The notes under the pieces were generated by a model. The model did not search any database and was not told where the DNA came from. It worked only from the letters and a program-made list of their open reading frames with translations. A stretch of DNA of 63,548 nt, taken from Octopus bimaculoides (lineage: Eukaryota). The stretch covers positions 57,895,651-57,959,198 of the forward strand of contig NC_068994.1 of the NCBI RefSeq assembly GCF_001194135.2, given 5' to 3'. The position numbers and the translations under genes are program-made. Positions 21,578 through 33,639 of this stretch are shown in pieces. How positions within the stretch are numbered: position 1 is the stretch's first letter; each line of letters opens with the position of its first letter.

Positions 21578-24500
21578 GTGAGAAGCATTTCTTTTATTAT
21601 CAGTTTCTCCTCTTTTATCATTTAATTGTTTCGATCGAACGAATCAAACCCGGCCCTTAATCTTTCTTTTTAAGCCTCGTATATATTGCATACATGTTTC
21701 TTTTGTCTAACCTCTAGTTACAGGGACGTAAACAAACGAACTCCAGTTGTCAAGTGGTGGTGGTGGGGGACTAACACAGACATAAACACACACACACACA
21801 CACACGTATAAGGTATTTGGGTTCTGCCACGGAGGAAACCGATGTATCCTCATCTCAGTCATAAAGCAGGAATGGAGCCTGTTACCAATCAAGAAAACTG
21901 AGACATAGAGATCAGTTTTATTGTTGTTGTTGTGCCTTTTCCACAGTTACAACACAGTGATGATTAAATTAAGTGAACTTGGAACCAGCCCCTTAAATTT
22001 ATAGTCCCTTTCTTTTCAGTTTTATTTTCTTTGAGTGGTAGTGATCAAATGGATAAGGTTCTACACATGTACTGTCTTAATGATAAATTTGTAGTGGCGC
22101 GTGTGGCCGCCATCTTGGGAAGTGCCATTGCGCATGTGCAAGGGACTTGCCGTCAGCGGAAGTACTCGGGCACGCATGCGCAATGCAACAGGTAGAGAAA
22201 AAGCAATAGCGTTCGATCTCTTTTCTCTCTAGCAGCGGTGGCGACCACATGTATCTCTTATCCATCCAGCAGGTGTCGTGAGAAGACGTTCTTCCAGGCT
22301 GTCCCAACTCGACCCCGACATGTCATCGAAGCTTCCTTTGGTATTCTAGCGGCATGCCTATTCACCCAGGAACGAAACGGCTCTACATCAACCTAGAATA
22401 AACTATTGATCTGTTGTCACCGCTATCCCTCGTGTTGTTGTATTTCTGGATTTAATGATTAATATAAGAACTGGGGAGAGACGGCCGAGCCGTCATATCT
22501 CATCCAAATTCTTATAAATTTGTATCCAATTGTTCATAATGCTGGACACTTAACTGTGTTTACCTGGGGGAGGAGGGGGAGAGGTGCTTTTATCTAATTA
22601 TTGATCTAATGTTTCTTAATGAAAAACGCATTAAATAAAACAAAACATTGAAATTTCGAATTATCAAGAGTTTTTAATCAAATGAAATGTTTGCTATTTT
22701 TTAAATAGGTGATGTTTATCTTGTGGGAAGCAGTAATGTTGGAAAGTCATCTATCTTCAACATATTGTTAGAGTCGGATTTCTGTAAATCTCAAGCACGC
22801 GAAATTTTCCAAAAAGCAACCGTTTCTGTTTGGCCAGGTAAGTTTTTCTTAATTCTGCTTTGTTAAATACAAACCAATTACGTCATTTACAATGGATGGA
22901 CAGGTGTGTTCATCTTGTTTGTCGTTACCACATTTCGGCTGATAAAGGGCTGGAGAGTACATCAACCGAAACGTTGTGGTAACAGCAAACAAGTTGGGGA
23001 CACTTTTCCGTCCATCTCAAAATAAATACAGTAATGAAACTGTTAATGTATCTTCATTTATTTTAAGAATTTTATACAGGAATTGCTTTCAATTGCAAAA
23101 AAAAAAAAAAAAAAATTCATATTTTCTTTAAAAAGTTTTCTGACGACGGTTATCTTTGCTTTAAATTCCTTTTAGGCACCACTTTAAATTTACTAAAATT
23201 CCCAATTTTATCACCAACATCAGAACAGATGTATAAACGTAAAGCAAGACTTCAAGAAGATACAGAGGTGATTGAAGAAATGGAAATGCGTCAAAGAATC
23301 AGATTAGAAAAATATGGATCGAGTGATAATGCTATTTTGAGAGGTGAGTATTTATTTGATGGTCTTCTTGAAAATCAAACTCTTCAACAATTGTATTTCG
23401 TTCCAGAAAAACAGTGGTTAGTCATCTTACCTGCTAATTGTATTTTGTAATGGACAAAATCATCAACTAACATCCGCTTTCCACGCTGGCATGGGTTAGA
23501 TGGTTTGACAGGAGCTGGCTAGACCAGGAGTCATACCAGGCTCCAATTACCTGTTTTTGCAAGGTTTCTAGAGCTGGATACCCTTTTTAACAGCATCCAC
23601 TTTACAGAATGTACCAAATGCTTTTTACATGGCTTCATCAACAGTGTTTTTTTTTCTGCGGCATCAGCATCAGTGCTTTGTATGTGGCCCCAGCATCGAC
23701 AGGATCACCTAGTACCTTGTAAGACAAAACCCCTCGACTGGGAGCAGGGGAGAGTAGTACCAGCCTAGTGTAGAGGACTGGCCGTATCATTAGACTTCCA
23801 GATGGGATTCTTGTGATATTTGTTTCAGCTTCTGAATTCTGTTTCTGCTGTGGCCTACTCGGTTGCCTACCTGGTTCTTCGGTACCTTTAGAGGAGCTGA
23901 ATTGGTTGCCAGCATTTGGGAGTGTGTTCTAGTTTGAAGATATTTTCTTTCCCACTCAGATCAGAGGCACTGCCTTTCCTCATGCCCAGTTTTATGGAGT
24001 TAATACCCTTTTTTTTTTTTTTTACAGAAATAAAATAAAGGAATGTATATACTGGTGCCACATAAAATACACCTTTGCTGGTGTCACATAAAATGCACCT
24101 GTGCTTGTGCCATGTAAAAGCACCCAGTGCACTCTGTAAATAGGTAGGTGTTAGGAAGGGCATCATCCAGCTGAAGAAACCATGCCAAAACATACACTTG
24201 GAACTTTGTACAGCGCTCCAGCTTGCCAGTTCCTATCAAACTGTCCAACCCATGCCAGCATGGAAAGCAGATGTTTAATGATGATGTTCATTTCACTTAC
24301 ATTATTCAGTTTTTAAAAATTTTCTGTTTCCCTTTGTCGTAGGACTGGTTCGAATGACACAGTTTGTCACTCCTCCTGACAACGAATATGAAGGCTTTAG
24401 TGTTACCTCCTACACAGCTAAGCCAGACGCCTCGATTACACCATCAGAACTTGATACAAAATTAGAATCTGAAAAAGCTAAACGACTCGAAATATTTAAA

Positions 24501-24943
24501 TCAACCTTGGAACAGAGTCGTTGGCTTTATGACACACCTGGAGTCATAAATACACAACAGGTGAGTTTTGGTGCAAGCATGGCTGTGTGGTTAAGTTCTC
24601 TTCTTCACAATCACAAGGTTCCAGGTTTTACTTTTTTTTTTTTTAAAGATTACATCATTTCTGAATCCTGAGGAACTTCAAATCCTGTTGTCATGTAAAA
24701 TGTTCCGACCACGCACTTTTGTGCTGAAACCAAATCGAGCAATGTTTGTGACTGGACTTGGTCGCATCGACTATGTCGAGGTAAGAGAAACACATAAATC
24801 TTTCAAGTATTTGGGGAGGGACTTTTGATGGAAGTCTGCAAGTAAATGTTATTAAAGATTTGAATTCTGTGAGGTTTTGCTTCACAGTTTAGGGCCTTTA
24901 TCTGGTGAGTGAGAATGCATATATATATTGGTGAACAGGTGTA

Positions 24944-24992
<49 letters not shown>

Positions 24993-27389
24993 CAGTAGCA
25001 TCTTGAGAGTAAAATTGAGCATAAGCATCATCAGATGTGGCGTGCAAGAGAGAAGATTGTGCTGGTATGGCCATGTGATGGACAAGGACAGCTGCATAAA
25101 GAAGTGCCAATCTCCTAACTGCGGAGGGAACTTGTGGAAGCGGTGGTCCCAGGAAGACATGGGATGAGGTGGTGAAGCATCCTCTGATGGAGGCAATGAC
25201 AAGTGATCATGACCATGGCAATTTGTTGTGTTTGTCAAGCCAAGTGAAACTGTAGTTGTGGCCAGTGCCTTTCATCCTTTTGGAGTCAATAAGGTACCAG
25301 TTGTGTACTAGGGTCGATCTAATCGACCCCCCCCCCCACATTTCGAGCTTAGTGCCTAGAGTACAAAAGAATATTTCCTGGTCGAGGTGATAATTCTGCA
25401 ACCTAACACCTGTCAGTATATTTGGTGGAAATACTCAAACTATAATTGAAGAACTTGAAGTGGTGTAAGACAAAACCAAATTAACAAACATTTTTAATTA
25501 TTTCATACAACAGATTTCAAAATTATAGTTTTAAATTTTGTTTTCTAATCAAATTTTTCGTATTAAAAGCTTCCTTCAATATGTGTTTTTGTAACATTTT
25601 AAAGTTTTTTTGTTTTTTTTTGTTTTTTTTAACTAGGGTACAGAAAATGTTCTCCTTACTGTTATAAATAATATTAAAATTAAGGTTCATGTCATGGAAA
25701 TAGAAAAAGCTGAAGATTTCTACAAAGAAAATATTGGAAAAGATGTGCTTCAGGTAAATTAATTTTCAACCACCTATGATTATACATTCTCACTGTTCAC
25801 TGCTCAGTCATTATACATTCCCTCACTGTTCACTGCCCACTCATACATTCCCTCACTGTTTACCATTCACTCCTTATACATGCCCATCACTGTTTACCAT
25901 CCACTCCTTATACACCCTGACATAAAAACCTTGAAAATGATAGAATAAAATACCATGATGGTAACTTTTATTTCCCTACCAAGCTCTGCGATATCAATCT
26001 TGTAGAGTTCCTTTCTACCTTTTCCTGGAGTCTACCATCTCAATTATTAAGAACCTCAGACTCTCAGAATTTTTCATGACCTCCTACTAATATAGACTTT
26101 CTGCACTTTTTTTCTTTAATTGCTTGTCTATGCTTTCATTCTGTTACACACATACCACTTTCATCAGTTCATTGCTCACAACCAATTCTCATTTACACAG
26201 CTATCACATCCCGGCATTTAAAACTGGAGTTTAGGCACAAATTTGACCTAAATACCGATTGCATGTGACCATAAGACGGCGAGCTGGCAGAAGTGTTAGC
26301 ACGGCGGGCAACATGCTTAACGGTATTTGGTCTGCCGCTACGTTCTGAGTTGAAATTCCATCGGGTCGACTTTGCCTTTCATCCTTTCGGGGTCGATTAA
26401 ATAAGTACCAGCTACGCACTGGAGTCAATGTAATCGACTTAACCCCTTTGTCTGTCCCCTCTATGTTTATCCCCCCCTGTTGGCAATAAAGAAATAATTA
26501 TCTTAAATATGCAATATATGTGTGTGTATATATATATATATATATATNNNNNNNNNNNNNNNNNNNNNNNNNNNNNNNNNNNNNNNNNNNNNGAGGGCTA
26601 CACTACTAATGAAATGTTAAAAGAAATGACTTTTTTTTATATAAACTTTTATTTGCAGATTCCTTTAGGAGATGAAGATAGACTTCGTCTAATCCCACCC
26701 TTAGTTGGGAAAACTTTCCATTTAACTGGCACTGGTTTTAAAAAAACAGTCTGTGATATTGTTTTGTCATCAATTGGTAAGGTTATTTCAAGTTTTTCTT
26801 TTTTTATTTTATAATTTGTTTTCATAGTGTACCGGATATGGTGTTCCAAATATAGCAAGCTATTGGTTTCTGATTATTTGATGTGTAGATAACCAAGTTT
26901 ACATAATCACTGAATGCTTACAAGATATCTACCTGAATTTATTGATCATTTTTACCTGTGATACATACATATATATCTTTACAGACAAGCCACCTGCTGG
27001 CAACCTTTTTCCATCCTCTAAGGCTAAATACTTCATCTTTCTCTGCTGTTTTCAGTTATACTGCATTCAAAATTTGTAGAATACTAACACATTCAGTGCT
27101 TCCAAATTTTATATATAAGCATGTGTGGTTTCATCCCTCAAAACTGTCCTCACTAAACTTCATTTTTGTCTTTACATTTTTAGGCTGGGTTGGTGTAAGT
27201 ACGAAATCCGGACACTCTTTTACGTTGCGTGCTTATACTCCTGGCGGTCATGGTTGTCTCACCCGACCTGCTTTGTTGCCCAATGCTATCAACTTGAAAC
27301 AAAAGCGCATTCGTAACAAACCAGCTTATAAGATTTCCAAATGTCTTTCTCTCATCAAACTACCTCCAATAAAACGTTCGCACTTGTAG
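20461..27389 (+). CDS. NOA1: Nitric oxide-associated protein 1 (mitochondrial circularly permuted GTPase), 8 exons, 2205 nt, 734 aa
   Basis: CPGCG...CFRC zinc finger. G motifs in permuted order: G4 GNKVD, G5 SAK, G1 GSSNVGKS, G2 WPGTT, G3 DTPG. GLGRIDY motif present. All introns GT-AG with consistent phases. Confidence 0.96.
22090..22506 (+). mobile_element. Solo LTR (417 bp, Gypsy-like) in NOA1 intron 1
   Basis: TG...CA ends, 4-bp TSD AATT (22086-89 and 22507-10), internal AATAAA near 22397, CpG-rich compared with flanks. Confidence 0.7.
22709..22837 (+). CDS. NOA1: NOA1 exon 2
   Basis: [18 protein letters not shown]...VWPG. Confidence 0.95.
23176..23343 (+). CDS. NOA1: NOA1 exon 3
   Basis: [10 protein letters not shown]... 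Confidence 0.93.
24343..24560 (+). CDS. NOA1: NOA1 exon 4
   Basis: ...[13 protein letters not shown]. Confidence 0.93.
24649..24780 (+). CDS. NOA1: NOA1 exon 5
   Basis: PRTFVLKP...GLGRIDYVE. Confidence 0.93.
24990..25250 (+). mobile_element. RTE-type LINE RT C-terminal fragment
   Basis: [25 protein letters not shown]...[10 protein letters not shown]-like remnant. Confidence 0.65.
25637..25753 (+). CDS. NOA1: NOA1 exon 6
   Basis: GTENVLLTV...KDVLQ. Confidence 0.9.
25780..25918. repeat. ~32-34 bp minisatellite, ~4 copies (TTATACATTCCCTCACTGTT...)
   Basis: Directly visible tandem units in NOA1 intron 6. Confidence 0.85.
26290..26460 (+). mobile_element. Short interspersed repeat family (GTCGACTTTGCCTTTCATCC...GGGGTCGAT), representative copy
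   Basis: Recurs near 370-510, 5630-5810, 14940-15118(-), 19565-19705(-), 42900-43025(-), 54450-54620. Confidence 0.7.
26659..26776 (+). CDS. NOA1: NOA1 exon 7
   Basis: IPLGDEDRL...CDIVLSSIG. Confidence 0.92.
27184..27389 (+). CDS. NOA1: NOA1 exon 8 (stop)
   Basis: WVGV...AYTPGG...RPALLP...*. Confidence 0.92.
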
Positions 27390-29159
27390 TTCTGATCGTT
27401 AAGTTACATGAACTTATGAGGACAAAGATCGTTGCTCATGAAAGAGATCGTTCTTCCTATTTTCTGAATACACTGAGATTTTGCAAAATAAACTTGTTAA
27501 AAATTCTTTTGTCTCGTAAGTTTGTTATCCATACATAATTTTTTGAACATGTGTAAAAAAAAATTAAATGGCAATTTTCATAATTTTCATATTTCTGTGA
27601 AATGCATGCAGTTGTGTCCCTAACACCATCTCAACACTAATACCTACTCCCCCCTCTCTCCCCTACCTCTTTTAAACGCTTAAATGTTATTTTTCAACAT
27701 TCATTTGAATGTTAAATATTTGTTCACTTTGTTTTGAATTGATGATGATTTTGTTTATATTGAGAATGACATTGTGGCTCAGGTGAGAGAGGCCAGATAT
27801 GACCTGTTTGAACAAAACAGAATATTTGGGTCAGAGGCAATGAAAAGCGACGAGACCTTTGGAGATATGCTGTGATTGAGAAGACCCGGCAAGTCAAGAG
27901 AGATCATAGTTGTGGCCAATGCCAATGTCACATAACTGGCCCATTTAAAAGCACTCTTCCATTGTCAGGCAATATGCTGTGCTTGAGAAGACCTGTTGAT
28001 GCCAGACTGGAGAATTATATTGGTTTCAAATTTTGCAACAAGGCCAGAAATTTAGACCCTAAGAGAATGCCCCAGTGGTATCATGCCAACTTGTCTTAAC
28101 AAAAAAGACCCAAATTACTATTCATACATACCTCTTAGATGCCATTAGCATCAGGAAATCAGAAATTATTCCGACTTGGCTTCCAGAAAATTGACTTTAT
28201 GGCATTTTCAAGACATCACAGAAAAACAACAATTATTATATTTATCATCTCTTTATTTGCGAAAAATATTACAAAGAATAACGAAAAATATAAACAAAGA
28301 ACAAAGGATCCACCCAAAGGTGGTTTGCACTGAAAGGGTCCTTTATCAAATTTGGACCAAGTTGTTTAAAAGATAGAAAACAAAAAAAAAAACCTGTTGT
28401 ATGAAGTAACAGCTAGGTTACGCAGGTAGAGGTGTGCATGTAAGGAGGGTCCTGAACAGATGTGTTAACTCTATCATGATAGAATAGGTCAAGGGAAAGA
28501 TGAGGGGTTAAATATGGTCTGAATCCTAACTTGGTGTTATATAACTGGAGTGGCTCTTTTTTTATTTGATGTGGTTCTGACAGTGGCACAACGAGATCTT
28601 CCCTCACAAAAAGGGGAACAAAACCAGCTGTTTCTCACCATAAATTCAACTGTTGGTTCCTAAATGGATACAATCAACTCCTCTTACATCTGTGAATTAG
28701 AAATACTCCCAAATGTTCATATAGTTATGTTTTTTTTTTTCTTTACAAGCCATAGTCTAATTATACTTAATTGTCAAACATGTTTTGTAATAATCATAAC
28801 CCAGATCATCTGGCACACACAGACTTCTACCCCCCCCCCCCCAAAAATATATATACATAATAATCACAAAATTACATTACTAAGTTCAATACAGTGTATT
28901 TCAAAAGAAATATGTTACAGAAAGGGTTAATGGCAATATGTCAAATTCTTAGGTTTGTGTTAGGAATAAATTAACATGGAAACTTGAGAAAATATTTAAA
29001 TTGCTTTGAAAATGAGTTGGATTCATATTTTGGTTCTAAGCCTACAAAATTTTACAAGCGAGGCATAACGTCGTTGAAAGCAATGGAGAGCATGTTTAAC
29101 AAATATTTCCATAGTCATTGGTTTATTCATTTTTATCTTTAAATTGGACATTACTTTTG

Positions 29160-29820
29160 CACCAACCAGATAAAAGGGAAACCAATACAATTCGGGTATA
29201 AAAATTGGGCTCCCTGTTCATCAAGTGGTTACATGTATGCATTTGATGTCTATGTTGGAAAATGCAATCAAGATATCCACACAGAGTTAGGAACGGGAGG
29301 TGATGTAGTAATGAAGCTGATACAAAAAGCTAATGTAACAGCTGACGCAGGCTACAGACTTCATTTCGATAACTATTTTACCTCCTTCAAGTTGTTAAAT
29401 CACCTAGGATCAGCAGGAATTTGTGCAACAAGCACTGTTAGAGAAAACAGATTGCTAAATTGTCCTCTAGCGAAAAGAAAAACTTTCAAAAAACAACCCA
29501 AGTGGTCATCTAACTTGACACTGACGTCCACAGTGTGTGTTATGAAATATAAAGACAATAATGTTGTAACCATTGCTTCAAATTTCAATTCACCAATTAT
29601 TGGTACATCACAGAAATATTCAGCAGAGGTAAAGTCTTATATCTCCATACCTCAACCAACTGCTCTACAGAACTATAATTTGTATATGGGAGGTGTTGAT
29701 CTGATTGACCAATTGGTCGCATCCGACTGTACACAAATGAGGCAGAAGTGGTTGTGGCCAATTTCCATTCATTTCATCGAAGTTGTTGTAGTGAATTCCT
29801 GCACAGACATCTATCAATGA
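29160..29820 (+). mobile_element. piggyBac (PGBD-like) transposase fragment
   Basis: IKGKPIQFGYK..., YAFDVYVGK, FDNYFTS, ATSTVREN, YNLYMGGVDLIDQ, W.WPI. Confidence 0.9.
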
Positions 29821-30384
29821 GGTTATCACATGTGGTACAACAGCCCTGCACATTGGTAAAATGTCCTATCCACAAAATGAGCAAATGTCTGCTAACATAC
29901 ATGGTGTACCGGATATGGTGTTCCAAATACAGCAACTATACATCAGTAGTATGGGCTGACCATTCCGCATCTGTACATTAACACAATTCCTGGATGACCA
30001 GAAGCTAAGTAACATGAGCAAACAAAAAAAACAAAAATCTCCAATGTGTTTTAAGTAAAGAGATTTTGACACCACTGCCCCGTACTACAACAAGGCTCTG
30101 GCTAACAGCAGTTCTAAGAATAGAATTAGTTTATATGCCAGACCCTAACACCTCCAAGAGAAAATACCACCAGGTAGCCTTGTGGTGGGTAAGATCTTCC
30201 TTAGCTTAGTGAATAAGCACTTTCATTAGATGAATAGGGTGTGTAAAGATTAGGGTTAACCCTAACACACCTTAAGAGTTTCTTTTAGCTGTGCACCTAG
30301 TGTAAAGATGATATTGGTAGGTAGGCCCACACCAAGGCAGTTGTATATGAAGCAGAAGTAATGTCAGAGCCCCAACAGAAGGTC

Positions 30385-30640
30385 TTTACAGAACAATCAT
30401 AAGTCCCACTTCAAAATCTAGGAGAAATGTAATGTCAGAGCACTGGGCAGACATGAATGGGTTTTCAAGAAAAGCACCACAGATTACAACATCAAGTGGA
30501 AAATCTTGGAGAAGTGCTAGCCTTATTCTAATAACAGCAGAAAATGCAGGTTATATTTAGCCAGGAAAAGAGTCATATTAAAAAATTTCCATCACACAGA
30601 CATCTGCAAAAACTGCAAGAATGAGGTTTGTAGCCCATGA
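30385..30640 (+). mobile_element. Penelope-like element, GIY-YIG C-terminal fragment
   Basis: NHKSHFK...IKWKILEKC*PYSN.SRKCRL resembles the PLE endonuclease tail. Confidence 0.65.
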
Positions 30641-32070
30641 GGAAAGGTCTGTGTTATCTTACCTGTAGCCCTCCACCCCCCCCCCTACGTGACTATTTAC
30701 ACTAGGTCCTCCCACCATTACATCCTGAGAATCCTGCATAGCCTTTGACCAAACCATACACATGCATAGTTCTCATATTTCCTTTCAAGTATACATTTCT
30801 CTTCTGTTATACATACAGCTTCATGTATCTTCTGATGTTGCCTTGTTTCGACGGATCTATATTTACAGTTTAAGGGTCTCTTCTTTGTTTTTTTTTAAAT
30901 GCTGTTGTATTTATCATAGAATACTGATGTAGAAAACTTTCTATCCTATAGTCCTATATGCCAGTGGTGTTCAAAATCTCTCAGCCAGGTTATAAACGGC
31001 CCCCTCTATAAAGATTCCCTGTTCACACCCCACCACACACTCCCAGTTTTTACAGTTAATCTTGTGACTGACACCACATAGCACACAAGTAGTCCTATCA
31101 AAAGGACAGGCCAAACTCATTTGTGATCTAATGCATTCACTTGGTTTCTCAACTACCTTAATCCCACATTTTGCATCACAAACTGCTTTCCTATACATGC
31201 TAATTCACCTGTAAGCACCAATACACATTACCCCTTGAAAGTTGTCACTACTACACCACAAGTTTCCCTGACTTTCTTACGAGCTCTTTCTAGTTTATTA
31301 CACAATTTGTTTCAATTTGATTTGTCAGTTTTGCCACAGAACTGCACAACGCACTCACTGAATATTGAAACAGCAATCCCTTACTCTGCCCACATTCATT
31401 CTTTGTTTCAGTACATAAGTGTAAGATTCCTCTTTTATGATATTCTATCTAACTTCAGAATATCAGATGACAATTTACGAAAAGGAATTTGTTAACACCT
31501 TCGGGAATATATACAAAAGAATTTTGCATTCTAAATAAACATGGATCATAAAATAATCAGCAGCATCTTCAGACATTGATTAAGATAACAGATAATGGAA
31601 ATATAGCAAAGGAAAAATATTCTAAACAAATGGGAGAAGAAAAATTACAGGAAATGTTCTTCTGTGAATGCAAGACGAAATGTAAAAAGATTCATTTTTC
31701 TGATGATATAAAGAGAAAGAAAAAAACATTGCTGTGATATCTGTAAAAAAATTCCCCTGTAGCAGGGATATTTGGCAGAGTCCGAAACACCAACTCATTG
31801 CCTAGAAACTGAACCCAGGAACTGTTCTTTGATGAAAAAAATAACAGTAACGGGTTATTGTCAAGGATTGATTATGAAGCAACGAAATATCTTACACTGG
31901 TCACCTCAACAGGACCTCAACTCAGCAACCAAAATGTCAGTTGAACCGTCTCTGCAAATCTCTCATCCTTTGCTGACTATCTTGATGTACATAGTATACA
32001 TAACAGAACAAAAGAGCGTTATATGTTCATTATTGCTGATTGTCCCTACCAGTGAATTTTGTACGAGGGG

Positions 32071-32362
32071 ATGAGCCACGCTACAGCTGTGGATTACAAC
32101 AGTTATGTGCAAAAAGTATGCGCACAGGACTTAGTTCAAATAGGTGGTCTTGGGAAGATTGTCGAGATAGATGAGACAGTCTTCTCTGGGAGAAAGTATA
32201 ATCAGGGTAGGGTGCTACCTCACCAATGGGTTTTCGGAGGTGTCGCGAGAGCAGACAAGTTTTTCTTTATGCAGAACCTTGTCGGAATCGCAACACACTA
32301 GAAGAATGCATCTGCCATTTGATTCTCCTGGGAACCACAATATTTAGTGACCTGTGGAAGGC
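32071..32362 (+). mobile_element. Merlin (IS1595-like) transposase fragment 1
   Basis: IGGLGKIVEIDET.F..RKYNQGR...WVFGG ... R.RNTL...LLGTTIFSDLWKA (one frameshift). Confidence 0.9.
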
Positions 32363-32429
32363 GATGCTTCAGAGATGTATAATGAAAACACGATTCTGTT
32401 CATTAACACACACAGTCTTGGAATAACCA

Positions 32430-32830
32430 ACATCTTTCATGTCATAAAATCTAACTTACCTATACTCCTACAAAGCCCCAAAATGAATAATCTAATTGAA
32501 AAAAAAAACAAAAAAAAAACATCTTACGGAATAGCCGATGCCAACCAAAAAATCTTAAAAAACACCTCACAAGGGCAGAATTCAAATCAGAGAATGAATC
32601 AGATTTCTTAGTAAAAGAATGGAGTTAGCAGATGTGGAACATCAACAACTTCAAATACTTGGGAAGTGGTTTCCACATAAAATTCAAGAGTGGATCCCTT
32701 TTCAAAATGCAGATATGAGCTGCAAAACCTCATAGACTGCATTACCTGCCCAAACTGCAAAGAAAATTAACATTGGCAAAACAAATAATTCCCTCTGCCA
32801 ACATGCAAGAATCCACAGGCAACATTTCCT
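32430..32830 (+). mobile_element. Penelope-like element, linker plus GIY-YIG fragment
   Basis: IKSNLPILLQSPKM, QPKNLKKHLTRAEF, LIDCITCPNCKEN./IGKTNNSL. Confidence 0.75.
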
Positions 32831-33639
32831 TTAGTGCGTATTTCCAGATGCTTACTTAATGGAATCTTGCGTAATTCCTCGTTCGATGATTCAAAATTTT
32901 TCCCTTTTACAAATGTGCACAGGACGATCCACAACACCAAAAAGCAATGGAACTACATTTCATCAAAAAATTCCCTCCAAAATTGAATGTTCAAAGGGGA
33001 GACAGTATATGTTGTATTCTGAATATAACTCAAAGAAGACAAAAAGAAAGAGGGGAAAAGAGAAAGAAAGCAAAATGACTTTCAGTGATGACCAAACCAC
33101 ACCTGCTTTTTTTTTTTTTTTTTTTTTGAAGAGGTCACCATCCTTAAACCCATTCTGTAGTGAACAGCAAGCAAGTTGTAAAAGGCAGTAATATGATGTA
33201 ATGGTCATGTTGCTCAAACAAGTATAATTGTTGGTTTCCCATTGGTTAAAATTACTGCCCATATTTGAATTCTTAACTTTTGTCAAAGAGACTTCTTTCA
33301 CGAAATACGGTTCTTAGAATTCGTGTATGAGCAGTTATAAAAACCCCGATTTTTGGGAAATTAATCAGTGATCATTGGTTGTCAGTAGACTTCACGACAC
33401 TCCTTTGAGATATTGGCTATTTTTATGCCATACCTATTACTTAAATCGAACAAGATTTATTTGAATTGTAGTGTAAACTCTGATAGTTTAGTACGAAAGG
33501 ATTATCTACTATAAAATTTATGTCACAACTCTCTACGATAAATTGCTTTACTTCTAAATGTACTGTAAATATTTTCTTTCTTCAGCCTGTTAATGAAATT
33601 TATTTTATAAAAGTAGTGGTACCCAATCACCGTTATAGT

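Noticed and set aside
25780-25918. Spaced repeats as a CRISPR-like array
   Set aside because: These are contiguous diverging tandem units without unique spacers, in a eukaryotic intron: a minisatellite.
27368-27373. AATAAA inside the last NOA1 codons as a premature poly(A) signal
   Set aside because: It is explained by the Pro-Ile-Lys codons, and a downstream AATAAA near 27487 is available.
28395-28608. Possible solo LTR (TGT...ACA, TATA-like)
   Set aside because: No target-site duplication and no second copy in the window.
30825-30860. CTGATGTTGCC..GACGG after the PLE remnant as a possible pLTR hammerhead
   Set aside because: The position fits, but both core segments are mutated and no helix I was found.
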